The notes under the pieces are model-generated. The model was not told the origin of the DNA. It made no database searches and saw nothing but the letters and a program-made list of their open reading frames with translations. From a virus: a stretch of 64,000 nucleotides of DNA. Shown piece after piece: positions 20,201 through 29,750 of this stretch. The first letter of the stretch is position 1. Each line of letters opens with the position of its first letter. The stretch lies in the IMG/VR virus record IMGVR_UViG_3300045988_104412; one strand, 5' to 3'. Both the position numbers and the translations under genes were made by a program.

Positions 20201-23200
20201 GTTGGGATTAGACAAACTCGGTGTGAAGTTTAAGGATATATACCGGTGGGTGAAAGCAGGAATGAGTGCCAAAGACATCACTCTGAAACTGGCAAAAATG
20301 TTACCGAGGGAAAAGACAGGATTGGCTGATGGATTTAACTGGAAGATAGGCAAGCAGGGTTACATCTACCGTGATACCTATGATAAAGACCATAAAGCTA
20401 CCCCCGCTACTGATTTTCAAACTCAGACTGAACTCGCCGATATGTATCGCGACAACCTCTGGTTTGTCAATGCTTACAAAAGGAAGGGAAAGAAATTAAA
20501 GCAGATTAACAAGGCTTTTAGCAACTGGGTGGATGAAAACTATCAACCAACTCCTCCTGAGACACCAGGAACTCTTGACAACAATGCTAAGGATAAAGAC
20601 GCAATAGCAGAAGAGAAGCGAAGAGAGAACGACCAGAAGCGTGCTTGGCGTGAGGAACTGAAGCAGAAGCAGGATCAGGCGAAGGCCATCATGGATGACG
20701 TGAGCAACTACTACGACCGTCAGATTAACGCTAAGTTGGCTCAAGCCATATCTCTCAATATGGACAAGACCGAGCAGGAGCAGTTTGTTCTTCCTTTGAG
20801 GCAAAACAAAGAAATAGCTCGTTCGCAGGTGCGTCTTGCTGTTGCAGGTAAACCGAATAAGTGGGAGGATGCGAAGAAGATGATGGCTGCTGATATGGTG
20901 GAGCAAAAGGACGAGACGGGCATAAACCTTTCAAAAGATTTGCTTGACGGTATATTGAACAACAACATCGACAATCTACGCAAACTCATGGAGCAGTTGG
21001 GTAAAAATCTCGGTTTGTCCATGAACTCCATCACGGCAGAGATTTTTGCAAAAGCCACTCGTAGCGAGCAGGAAATTCTGAAAATGGAGCTCAAGCAGAT
21101 GGAGGCTCGCCGTAAGATTGTTATGGAGCATGACTACACGGGTATTGTTCAGCAGAACTCGTATGACAACTTCAACGAAATGGGTTATGCCGCGCCTACG
21201 AAGGAAGAGACTACCGTCACAAAGAAAATGGTTGACGGAAAGGAGGTTCTTGATACGTCTGCTTTTGATAAGCGCAGAAAAGCTATCAAGGATATGTACG
21301 AGACAGCTCGCAAGGAACTCGCCCAGCTATATGCCATTGATGTATCAACAACGGATGGTAAGGGAGTGTTGATGAAGATACTCTTTGGCGACGATCCCGA
21401 CGGTATGGCTGCTCGAATAAAAGCATCATTGGGCGAAAGCGAGGAAAGCTGGAAGTCGTTTTACTTGAATCTTATCCAGTACTCTGATAATTATGCGGAA
21501 GCTGAAAAGAAAAAGTACGACTCGGCAAAGAAAATCGTTGATTTCTGGTGGTCATCCAATAAGCGCAATCTTGCCCAGCAGGACAAATTGCGCAAGATGC
21601 AAAACGAGAGTAACCTTTTCGGTAAACGTACAAACCTTCTCTCTAATCTCGGTCTCGCCAACCTCACAGCCGACCCTGAGATAGAACTAATGAAGGCGCG
21701 TATGCAAGCTGCTGAAGACTATTACGCCTTTGTAGAACGTAACACGAAGAACAAGCAGCTTATTGACGAAGCCGAACGTGCTCGCCAGGAAGCAGAACTT
21801 GCCTATGCCAATCAGATGGCAACAGCTATGAAGTCGCGCCTCTCGCAGATGAAGGAACTCGTGCAGCCTATCGAGGACTTCGGCGCAGCCGTAGGACAGG
21901 CTCTTGCCGAAATGCGCTATGATGCCGAGAGTGCAAATGACGCTATAAAGTCTGCTCTCAAGTCTATGCTTGAATCCTGGGCGAAGATGGCTCTTAATGA
22001 TGTCAACACGCAGATGTGGAAAGCAATCAACGATGCAGGTGCCAAGCGAGGTAAGAAGAAAGCACAACCCGACATCGACGCAGCGCGTGCCAATGCAAAA
22101 GCGAATTATACCGATCTAAACGGCATTGATTGGCGTAACTTTGGTACGGAGTCAAATCCTTTGTGGGTGCGCTGGGCGGGCGACCATTACGAAAACAAAT
22201 CTGGCGATGCTGTTTATACAAAAGAGGATGGTACGCCTTTGCCTAATCCGAATGGCAGCGTTCCCCAATCTAACGAACCTCCATCAGCGTGGAAGAAACG
22301 CCACCCGGACGGAACTATTGACGACTACAACAAGGAAGTTAAGAGTCTTGGTGGTCAGGTGGGTACGTCGATGGTTGGGCAGACAGGCGCTTCTGTAGCT
22401 GGTGCAGTTACAGGCAGCAGTAGTTTTGGCGACGCTGCTACTGGCATTGCTATGAGTGGTGCGGATGCTCTTCTTAACGCTCAGATTAAAAAAACTTCAA
22501 AGAGTGAGAAGGAGAGGGAGAAGCAGCTCAAGAAGGAGAAGAAACATCAAAAAGACCTTACCAAGGAAACGAAAAAAGGTCTCTCTGATCGTGAAAAGGC
22601 TACCGGTAAGGGAGTCAAGAACATAACTTCTACGACGGAACAAGGTAATAAAGAGCAAAGCAAAGGTACTGTTGTAGCACAGCAGACAATCACGAACGCT
22701 ACCGAGGCGGGCCTTAACGCAACTCTTACTGCCAAGCAGAAGAACAATGACGAAACTCTAAAGTCGGATGCGAATCGCACCCAAGGCGAGGTTACGTTCT
22801 CTATTGCTGGTGCAATGGCTAAGTGCTTTGAGTTCTTAGGTCCGATTGCTGGTCCGATTGCCGCTGCCGTAGTTATGTCTACCCTTATGGGACTTCTTCA
22901 GTGGGCTTTAAATTCAGCTCTTGGTGGAGGAAAGAAGAAAAACTCAACCAAGGGTCCTAATACTAAGGTTGTATCTGGTATGCTTACCTATGACTCCGGC
23001 AACGTACAAGATCTCCGTCCGTTTGTCGGTAACGATGGTAGCCTTTACTGGGCGGCAGAGGACAGCAATCCTCACAATGGCGTATCACTCCTTACACGGC
23101 CTACGGCGACCTCTATCAACGGACATCCGTCGCTGGTGGCCGAGAAAGGTCCAGAACTTGTAATCGGACGCGAGACTACGCAAGCCATGATGATGAACAA

Positions 23201-23486
23201 TCCACAACTGCTGAAAGCTCTCGTCAATTATGACCGCAACTATTCCGGTCGCCACGCCTACGACACTGGCAATATCTCCGAGACAAGCCCCACGATCGCC
23301 GCAGAGTCTTCCATAAGCGACGAAATGGTGTCTAACCAAGCCACTACCAATATCGCCCTCCTGCAAGCCGTAAACACGCTCCTGCAACGTCTGGAGCAAC
23401 CTATCGAGGCAAAGATAGATATGTATGGCCGTGGCAAGCTCTACGACAGCATGACAAAAGCTAATCAGTTTATGAAGAACAAATAG
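17286..23486 (+). CDS. tail tape measure protein (2066 aa)
   Basis: Very long, coiled-coil-rich protein. It has a TP901-type core-like segment (GSLTDIRKVSGLTMEQVKQLS...AYQGAKLGMG) and hydrophobic segments. No internal stops. Confidence 0.7.
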   Translation: MANLKTEVILSMNGKAAIQVLEALRDKARSVREEIDHLDKDAPDFKERKAGLESVYKTLQNYQTNIIKDTERLDHALKNLSTTSLQNLRKALGDGRRQLQKLSEDDLAQAEEVRKKMKQVGDEIRLIEGQYVKIAEGLKNVANQSDQWLDKAIKQQRDLVGSLQKSDAGYQQNLATLKQLEAEEDRRKGKMNVAEARQTVSDDNASASDLRRAKATLTEARDKTAIGKTGEIDSYNRDLQEIERRLEAVSGKTQKASMSWKQMKRVLAEPNKASGEDIKRTMEVIQQKIQQLPAGSKYVADLRRQYSMLEQTLKGTRMSQSALNDILSRSKQGKASLDELRRAYKQLEEEMNQVNTTSKEFADKQKSMKELKKNIDEVTGATNKQGGAWHTALKNLTAYVGLFSVFNHIKDLVTGAIKKNFEYSGSLTDIRKVSGLTMEQVKQLSTELAKIDTRTSVDGLAQLAYQGAKLGMGKYGVEGMAQFVRAADQINVAIGEEMGEEALPALSKMVEVMGLIPKMGIEKAMEATGSAMFKLSSTSTSTSNDIVEFSKRLTGVARTAGITTDQLLALGSASSSMMLMPEVASTAMGKFIVALQKNHNLIAKELGIPDETIKNLYASGHAMDAIVLVLEKMRDKGNMNTLGGIFKDLGSDGQRLVTAMVTMSKNVDILKDHLYESEEAFREATAVGKEYSMQQLSAIGILERANNLWEKAFVNPDGVDAVKGMAEWWYEMSATMTNSPLLKGTLQIALQMVLITLKAVATLLPVIIGYMASQGLYSGLRLLWQYLTALGVAVKSMFQYARALFTANAAQSTLNKTTKLNPWIAFASVIIGVAGAIYGYTQRAREAAEAAKEAERQANAWKSTLGQAAIETENLKDKLKNYKRMLSEANLSQKDRQGLISRFNRDFRSYINNLGIEIKNVKDLRDHYADLAQEAERATYYRMREQAKQQALPKLDNDVNTASNAVMENITKLGLDKLGVKFKDIYRWVKAGMSAKDITLKLAKMLPREKTGLADGFNWKIGKQGYIYRDTYDKDHKATPATDFQTQTELADMYRDNLWFVNAYKRKGKKLKQINKAFSNWVDENYQPTPPETPGTLDNNAKDKDAIAEEKRRENDQKRAWREELKQKQDQAKAIMDDVSNYYDRQINAKLAQAISLNMDKTEQEQFVLPLRQNKEIARSQVRLAVAGKPNKWEDAKKMMAADMVEQKDETGINLSKDLLDGILNNNIDNLRKLMEQLGKNLGLSMNSITAEIFAKATRSEQEILKMELKQMEARRKIVMEHDYTGIVQQNSYDNFNEMGYAAPTKEETTVTKKMVDGKEVLDTSAFDKRRKAIKDMYETARKELAQLYAIDVSTTDGKGVLMKILFGDDPDGMAARIKASLGESEESWKSFYLNLIQYSDNYAEAEKKKYDSAKKIVDFWWSSNKRNLAQQDKLRKMQNESNLFGKRTNLLSNLGLANLTADPEIELMKARMQAAEDYYAFVERNTKNKQLIDEAERARQEAELAYANQMATAMKSRLSQMKELVQPIEDFGAAVGQALAEMRYDAESANDAIKSALKSMLESWAKMALNDVNTQMWKAINDAGAKRGKKKAQPDIDAARANAKANYTDLNGIDWRNFGTESNPLWVRWAGDHYENKSGDAVYTKEDGTPLPNPNGSVPQSNEPPSAWKKRHPDGTIDDYNKEVKSLGGQVGTSMVGQTGASVAGAVTGSSSFGDAATGIAMSGADALLNAQIKKTSKSEKEREKQLKKEKKHQKDLTKETKKGLSDREKATGKGVKNITSTTEQGNKEQSKGTVVAQQTITNATEAGLNATLTAKQKNNDETLKSDANRTQGEVTFSIAGAMAKCFEFLGPIAGPIAAAVVMSTLMGLLQWALNSALGGGKKKNSTKGPNTKVVSGMLTYDSGNVQDLRPFVGNDGSLYWAAEDSNPHNGVSLLTRPTATSINGHPSLVAEKGPELVIGRETTQAMMMNNPQLLKALVNYDRNYSGRHAYDTGNISETSPTIAAESSISDEMVSNQATTNIALLQAVNTLLQRLEQPIEAKIDMYGRGKLYDSMTKANQFMKNK

Positions 23487-23549
23487 CCTTCCGTAAGCTG
23501 CAAAGCATTTGTCTTGCGCTACTTTTCGCAATTAGTGAAGCATTTATCA

Positions 23550-23581
23550 GGTCGTCGCGCCGTTAGGCGAGGCGACCTTTT
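23550..23581 (+). terminator. rho-independent terminator after the tape measure gene
   Basis: Imperfect GC-rich hairpin GGTCGTCGCGCC-gtta-GGCGAGGCGACC followed by TTTT. Confidence 0.55.
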
Positions 23582-23645
23582 CGTTTGCGCTTCACTCGCT
23601 TTTCTTCCGTTTTCTCACTTATTCAAGAATAAAACTTCTGCCCCC

Positions 23646-24179
23646 AAAGTCCAAAACTATATACTCTTATAACTCCTTAATAATCATGGATATTACATAT
23701 AATCTACTCGTTAAAAGTCCAAAAATCTACTCAATAACGCTACTACTATATATAAATTTCGCCAATTTTCTTTCTCTCCCATTTTCAAAACTCCCCAACC
23801 TTAACAATATAGTTAGTAGCATTAACGCCTATGGCGTAAATAATTGACATTTAATAAATTATAGGAGATGGGGAAAGGCAAATAAGCGCTGAAAACGCTA
23901 TAAAAAGTCATATTTCTACTATTTTTATATATTTTTTTTGTTCTTTGCGCTCGTATAGATATATAAAAAATCCCCTATTTTTAAACTTTTAATAGATAAG
24001 TAACGGAAAATCAGAAAGTTAAATCACTTTTTGAAAAATTCATTGGGTAGTCACGAGGTGGATTCTGAGTGGACAGTGGAGGTGTTTTTCAAAATCATGG
24101 ACTTTTCATTTTTCGGCATTTCTTTGAAAAATGAACTCTAAAACTAAAAACTGGACTTTTGAAGGCTTAAAAGTCTAAA
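23646..24179. repeat. five dispersed copies of AAAAGTCCA / AAAAGTCTA (two forward, two reverse, one variant) in an AT-rich non-coding region
   Basis: Copies at 23646..23656 (+), 23713..23725 (+), 24098..24107 (-), 24152..24160 (-) and 24169..24179 (+ variant). The last two form an imperfect palindrome. Confidence 0.6.
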
Positions 24180-24235
24180 CATAACTAACATAAGAAAAAA
24201 ATAGCCGAACTATTGTTTATTTCAGTTTTAATTAT

Positions 24236-24243
24236 TAAATTTG
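24236..24243 (+). promoter_or_regulatory. Bacteroidota-type -7 box TAAATTTG
   Basis: Matches TAnnTTTG, about 40 nt upstream of ATG 24283. Confidence 0.45.
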
Positions 24244-24282
24244 CAACTGATATAGTAACCCAGTTATTTCTACTTATAAAAT

Positions 24283-25389
24283 ATGTTTGACGAGATTTGC
24301 TCAGTATATAAAGAGTCAACCGATGCCGAGGGCCGTTTTGTTGATCGTGAGACGGGCGAGTGCATCCAGCAGATGACTATCCGTGAGTTCTGTTTAACGG
24401 ATAGATGGAAGCCGTATGTGCAGCGACTGCGTGCAATGCGTCAAGAGCTGGGCAGTAAGGCAAAGAAGATGCCGGAGTACATCGAAACGAAGAAGATGCT
24501 ACCCGGTGCTACGCTTAGTGGGCTGTTTGCTCTCTACGAAGATGATAGTCTTACCCATCCTGGGCAGCGCGTCATGGTTAGCCGACGCGAAAGTCATCTC
24601 AAGCAGCATACTGGTTGGCTCGCCATTGACATTGATTTGGCAGACAACTGCCGCTTGAGCAACTTTGAAAACATCCTCATGGTATTGCGTCATCGCCCCG
24701 AAGTGGGATTGCTTATGCGTTCATGTTCGGGTAGCGGCTATTTTGGTTTGGTACGCTTGGCATACCCCGACCGCCATAAGCAGCAGTTTAGAGCATTACT
24801 GCAGGAGTATGCTGCCATCGGTATCAGTCTTGACAAAGCATGTAGCAACATCGGCCGCGTGCGTTTCGCCTCGTGGGATGATCCCGAGCATATATATATA
24901 AATGAACGCGTGGTGCCATACAAGGGCGTTGATGATTTGGTTGCCATATCACCATTGCCGAAGCGAGTGTTTGACAATCAAAAGCAATATGGAGATTCTT
25001 CTTTAGAATGCCAGCCGAGGCAATCTGGAGGATGGAAGGATGACACACCTGACATTGTGCTGCGCAAGGCGCGCGTGCTTGTCCGTAAAATAGAGGAGAG
25101 AGGAGTGAATATCTGTGGAGGGCATGGCGACTATATTGTTTGGCTCAAATGCGGAATGTCGCTTTACTGCATTGATTCTGTTGAAGGCTACGACATGTGG
25201 AAGCGTGTTTCTCGATTTCGCCCGCTCGATGTAAACCACGGACACCGAGAATCGGACTTCGTTTCGCCTTGGCGCTCGTTTGGTAGCTATAAAGGAGATA
25301 ATCCTGTAACCGCGAACTCGTTTTTCAAACTTTGCAAAGTTAATAATGTAACACTTTCGCGGGATGATATGCGAGAGATTTATGGATAA
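24283..25389 (+). CDS. hypothetical protein, weak primase-polymerase (AEP / VirE_N-like) resemblance
   Basis: WLAIDIDL (DxD-like) and CSGSGYFGLV (sGxGxh-like) segments. The assignment is tentative. Confidence 0.35.
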   Translation: MFDEICSVYKESTDAEGRFVDRETGECIQQMTIREFCLTDRWKPYVQRLRAMRQELGSKAKKMPEYIETKKMLPGATLSGLFALYEDDSLTHPGQRVMVSRRESHLKQHTGWLAIDIDLADNCRLSNFENILMVLRHRPEVGLLMRSCSGSGYFGLVRLAYPDRHKQQFRALLQEYAAIGISLDKACSNIGRVRFASWDDPEHIYINERVVPYKGVDDLVAISPLPKRVFDNQKQYGDSSLECQPRQSGGWKDDTPDIVLRKARVLVRKIEERGVNICGGHGDYIVWLKCGMSLYCIDSVEGYDMWKRVSRFRPLDVNHGHRESDFVSPWRSFGSYKGDNPVTANSFFKLCKVNNVTLSRDDMREIYG

Positions 25390-25462
25390 TTCTCTTTGCT
25401 GCGTATTTGTGAAATATTCGATTTTGTAATGTAAAATCTAAATAAAACGAAAAAGTTCTATT

Positions 25463-26431
25463 ATGATTAAAGAATTTAAAACTCGTACAGGAGCGATTTT
25501 TAGTGATACTAAGAATTGTCTTGAGTATTTGTATGTTGGCGACTATGGCAAGGAAGCCAACATCAAGGCAGACTTTCTTGGCTTGACCAAGGAGATTAAT
25601 GGTGTAACCCACAAGAAGGTTGACCTTGAGGATAAGATGGTCGTTACTATTTCTACTCAAAAAGGATGCCCAATGAAATGTAAGTTCTGCGATTGTCCTA
25701 AAGTCGGTTTCCACGGCAATGCCAATGTTAGTGACCTACGAGCAGAAGTAATGTCGGCTATCGTTCGTTCAGGGTGTCAGCATACAAAGCGCTTCAACCT
25801 TCACCTGGCTCGTATGGGTGAACCGTCTTTCAATTGGGATAACATCAAGATCTATTTGCTTTGTTATCTTAAGGATGATGTTAGTGTGTTCATGGATGCA
25901 GATGTTATTCATCCTGTATTTACGACCATGCTTCCGCGTACTTTGGGACGTAATACGCTTAAACGTATTCTCGGCGAGTTTTGTCAAGTTAAGAATTGCG
26001 AGTTTAGAGGTGAAGCCGGATTGCAGTTGTCTATAAACTCTACAGATGAAGAGCAACGTAATGATTTGTTCCGCGGGCTATCTTTGTCTTTGCAGGAAAT
26101 TTCAGAGATTTGTCAGGACTTGCCCATGCCGGTTGGCAGAAAATATACGCTAAACTTTCCCGTTACCAGGAATACGATATTGGACCCTGTTGTCTTGGAT
26201 AAACTTTTTGATAAGGAAAAATTCATTGTGAAGATAACCCCTATTCACGAGACGAAAGAGGCTATAAGCAATGGCATCCAGACAGAGGAGGGATATTACA
26301 CATACGACGTCTATAAACAGTTTGAGAAACCGCTTGTCAAAGCAGGTTGGGATGTGATCGTTTTTGTTCCTTCAGTGGAAGAAGACGAGGACAGAATAAC
26401 TTGTGGCAACGCCATTTTGAGTGAACATTAA
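25463..26431 (+). CDS. radical SAM domain protein
   Basis: CxxxCxxC in QKGCPMKCKFCDCP, followed by LARMGEPSFNWDN (SAM-binding-like). Confidence 0.7.
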   Translation: MIKEFKTRTGAIFSDTKNCLEYLYVGDYGKEANIKADFLGLTKEINGVTHKKVDLEDKMVVTISTQKGCPMKCKFCDCPKVGFHGNANVSDLRAEVMSAIVRSGCQHTKRFNLHLARMGEPSFNWDNIKIYLLCYLKDDVSVFMDADVIHPVFTTMLPRTLGRNTLKRILGEFCQVKNCEFRGEAGLQLSINSTDEEQRNDLFRGLSLSLQEISEICQDLPMPVGRKYTLNFPVTRNTILDPVVLDKLFDKEKFIVKITPIHETKEAISNGIQTEEGYYTYDVYKQFEKPLVKAGWDVIVFVPSVEEDEDRITCGNAILSEH

Positions 26432-26441
26432 GAGTAATAAT

Positions 26442-26939
26442 ATGAAACTGATAACGATTACTGGCCCGAGTGGTGCAGGAAAAGATACAGTTGCTCGGAT
26501 GCTGTCCGATTTGGGCGATTATAAAGTGATATGTTCTTATACCACACGTCCGAAGCGTGAAGGCGAGATTGACGGCGTGGAGCATCACTTTGTAGAGAAG
26601 TGCGATGTGCCGCATGACAATATGCTGGCTTATACGCAATATGGCGGTTATGAATATTGGACCACCGTAGAGCAGGTGGGCGATAAGGTTATTTATGTTA
26701 TCGACGAAGATGGACTGAAGTCGCTTTGCGAGAAGTTTCCTGATATAGAACTGTTCAAAATTTGCGTGTCGGCAAAGGAACGCACCCGGCTTCGCCGAGG
26801 TGTTACCCCTGAACGCATGGCACGCGACAAGCGGCGCAAACGTCTACCTTTGTCATTCTACGATGCTGTGATCTTTAACAACGATTCGCCTGGTGATCTG
26901 CGTGACGAAGTGTTGCGCGTAAGATACATGATTCAATAA
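26442..26939 (+). CDS. guanylate-kinase-like nucleoside monophosphate kinase
   Basis: P-loop ITITGPSGAGKDT and the Gmk-type motif TTRPKREGEIDGVEHHFV. ATG 26442 is preferred over the listed GTG 26421. Confidence 0.7.
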   Translation: MKLITITGPSGAGKDTVARMLSDLGDYKVICSYTTRPKREGEIDGVEHHFVEKCDVPHDNMLAYTQYGGYEYWTTVEQVGDKVIYVIDEDGLKSLCEKFPDIELFKICVSAKERTRLRRGVTPERMARDKRRKRLPLSFYDAVIFNNDSPGDLRDEVLRVRYMIQ

Positions 26940-26999
26940 AAACGATTGTGGCAATGAGAATGCACTATCTATTAAATAACAAATTAAGATTCGTAAGCA

Positions 27000-27896
27000 A
27001 TGAAATTGATAAGCAGTTCAGTGGAATGGTGGCAGCAGCAGAATCTGTCGCAGCACATCGCACGAGTAGGCAGGGTGTGTTACAAGTCAAAGGGTAAGCA
27101 GCCCGACGAGAATATGTCGGCAGAGGAAGCGGAAGCCTTCATTCAGAAGCGTGACGAAGAACGCTGCAAGGGCTTCTGGGAAAGCGGACACCGTTCGATG
27201 TACCGACATGGCACAAGATACTTCTTTCTGCCCAACGAGAAAGGATTTCCAAACTACGTCTGGGCATACCTAAACGCTTCTCCCTATATCGACTATGCCA
27301 CGAAGGAACACAAGGTTTGGATTAGTGCTAATCTGCAGGTCTTGCTTGAGAACGGCGATATGTTTGAGTCATTAAAGCAATACTCTGTAACCGAAGACGA
27401 GTTTATCGAGAAGGCAATGAAGTATAAATGCGAGTCGGCTTTTGCCATTTTACGTATGACATTTGCTGTCACTACGCAGATAAGCACGTCGCGTGAGCTG
27501 AATCGCAAGTCGCCCAACAGCATTGCTGAGCAGAGCACGCGCTATTGTAACCTTGAAAAGAAAGGTGGCGTACAGATAGCGCGTCCACATTGGTATCTTT
27601 ACGGCACACGTCTGCAGTGCATGGTATATAGCTTTGTATGCCGAGTTTGTGAGTGGGGATATAACCGACTTCTAAAGCTGGGCTTAAAGCCGGAAGATGC
27701 ACGTGGTGTATTGCCTCTTGATACCTACACGGTGGCGGTGTATACATACACCATCGCCGAGTGGAAAGAGATTATAGACCTTCGCTATCATGGCAAAACC
27801 GGCAAGCCACATCCTAATGCGCATTTTGTAGCGGAGCGCATACGCAACATTATCCTGCGGCGTATGCGTGAGTATTTACCTGAGTTTGAGATTTAA
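27000..27896 (+). CDS. thyX: flavin-dependent thymidylate synthase (ThyX)-like protein, divergent signature
   Basis: LNRKSPNSIAEQSTRY aligns with the ThyX signature (L)xRHRxxSxxxQSxRY, but the second Arg is replaced by Ser. The downstream DARGVLPLDTYT...EWKEIIDLR segment is ThyX-like. Confidence 0.6.
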   Translation: MKLISSSVEWWQQQNLSQHIARVGRVCYKSKGKQPDENMSAEEAEAFIQKRDEERCKGFWESGHRSMYRHGTRYFFLPNEKGFPNYVWAYLNASPYIDYATKEHKVWISANLQVLLENGDMFESLKQYSVTEDEFIEKAMKYKCESAFAILRMTFAVTTQISTSRELNRKSPNSIAEQSTRYCNLEKKGGVQIARPHWYLYGTRLQCMVYSFVCRVCEWGYNRLLKLGLKPEDARGVLPLDTYTVAVYTYTIAEWKEIIDLRYHGKTGKPHPNAHFVAERIRNIILRRMREYLPEFEI

Positions 27897-27983
27897 ACAA
27901 AATACTACATTATGACAAATGAGCGTTAGACTTTACGTGTTTGTTTATATCAATAACCGACCTTATGATAAATAGCATGAATT

Positions 27984-28940
27984 ATGGCTAAATCCAACCC
28001 TATCAAAGCAAGAGAGCAGTTTGTGCGCAATCAGCCCACAATCTACTCTTTCGATTTCAAAGATGTACCTTCGGGCAAGTATGCTGAAACATTGGATGTT
28101 CTCTTTCATAACCCCGACTATAGTGAAGCTGTTGAGAAGCGCAACCGTCTTGTGAAGTCTGCAGAACGGTTGCGTCCAGGTTCAAGCGAGATGATTAACC
28201 TCGTGAGAACTATTCAGCAGCACGATCGCAAATTGGCAGACATCATGTATTCTTCAATCGTTCAGACCAACCTGCACTCTGATGTCGGCTACGATTTTCT
28301 TTCGTTTAGCACTCTGCTGAAGTATTATGTTGACTACAAGAAAGACGGTATGCGTGAACGTGCCAACCGCATGGCTGCCAATCTCGACAAGGTTACGTTT
28401 CTCGCCGATATGCTCGAAAGCATCGTTACCGATGTGAAAGCTGATATGCGTGAGGTGTTCGACGGCAGCATTGAGTTCAATCAGTTTGACGCCGTATTGA
28501 AGGTTCTTACCCAATTGAGAGGATTCTTCAAGTCGGCTCGCCGTGGTGATGCCGACTCACTTGAAGCGAAGCTCTATTTTGATTACTCTGATTCCATAAA
28601 CGAGTATATAGAGAAACGACTGAAGACGTACACCGCAAAGTATCGCAAGATACACCCTGCTGAAAAGACCTATACTGAAGCAGACCTCATTGAAGGCCTT
28701 AACCAGTTCTTTGGTTGTCATGCTAAGTTCGACTTGAGTTTTATTGCTCACACCGAGTCGGGAGGTTGCTATATTGACATTGCGAAGCTCTGCCAGAATC
28801 TCAATCGCAACGAAATGGAGATATTTGAGAAAGTCTCCGGCAAAATGAAGTCGAACAACGTAACCAACGACGCTCTGCGCAATTGTTTCAACGCCACTGA
28901 TTTAATAATGAGCCGCTATAAGCGACCGAAACTAAAGTAA
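27984..28940 (+). CDS. hypothetical protein
   Basis: 318-aa ORF, no motif recognised. Confidence 0.5.
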   Translation: MAKSNPIKAREQFVRNQPTIYSFDFKDVPSGKYAETLDVLFHNPDYSEAVEKRNRLVKSAERLRPGSSEMINLVRTIQQHDRKLADIMYSSIVQTNLHSDVGYDFLSFSTLLKYYVDYKKDGMRERANRMAANLDKVTFLADMLESIVTDVKADMREVFDGSIEFNQFDAVLKVLTQLRGFFKSARRGDADSLEAKLYFDYSDSINEYIEKRLKTYTAKYRKIHPAEKTYTEADLIEGLNQFFGCHAKFDLSFIAHTESGGCYIDIAKLCQNLNRNEMEIFEKVSGKMKSNNVTNDALRNCFNATDLIMSRYKRPKLK

Positions 28941-28946
28941 TAAGCC

Positions 28947-29681
28947 ATGCCTAATATCTACCTTCGTCTACCCTCCAGTCGTTGCCAGTTCTTTCGCAAC
29001 CGCGACCCGAAGCACGTACTTGCAAAGGACGAGCCGTTGGTGTTCAGCCCGTATATGCCTCACCACTTTGTCTTGCGCAAGCATATAACCAATATTCCTG
29101 CCGTTACGCAAAAAGTGAATCCGCAATGTTTCTCACACCAGCAGTGGCGCAACATGATGCAGGGCAAACATCCCAATGGTGGCGAAGTTGTTACAAAGCG
29201 CGATCCGCATGAATACTTGTCTTTTGGCGAGGTTCAGCGGCTTAGTGGAAGGCAAGATTACGCTAAGAGTGACAATGAAGACTATCTGTGCATAAAGTTG
29301 CCTTCGGAGGTAGAGGTGGTTGACGTGGTTCGCCAGGTTACGCCGGCATGGAATTTGAGCACACGCGGCATCCGTCAGTTGCTTATCATGCTAAATGATG
29401 ATTTTAAGCGTAGCGTTGTGGAATGGGCTTTAGCTACATTCGATTATTGCACATCAAACAAGCGTATCATTTGCCGACGTCAAACAGCCATGCTTGAGCG
29501 TTTCTTGATGCGCTACGGCATAGATCAGAACGAGAACGAAAAAGACACCCTGCGTCGTATCATCAACCGATGGTTGACCTCAGACCATAGCAATTTTAAA
29601 GCTTACTCGTGTGCTGATATGCAGTATATAGACGACAGCGAGAAGGTTTACTTCGTAGATGATGTATTGTTTGACGATTAA
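28947..29681 (+). CDS. hypothetical protein
   Basis: 244-aa ORF, no motif recognised. Confidence 0.5.
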   Translation: MPNIYLRLPSSRCQFFRNRDPKHVLAKDEPLVFSPYMPHHFVLRKHITNIPAVTQKVNPQCFSHQQWRNMMQGKHPNGGEVVTKRDPHEYLSFGEVQRLSGRQDYAKSDNEDYLCIKLPSEVEVVDVVRQVTPAWNLSTRGIRQLLIMLNDDFKRSVVEWALATFDYCTSNKRIICRRQTAMLERFLMRYGIDQNENEKDTLRRIINRWLTSDHSNFKAYSCADMQYIDDSEKVYFVDDVLFDD

Positions 29682-29750
29682 AGTTGTGTAAACAAGAGTT
29701 AATTTAAAGTTTAAAACAAGTTAAAAAACAACCCTTTTAAGTGTACAAAA

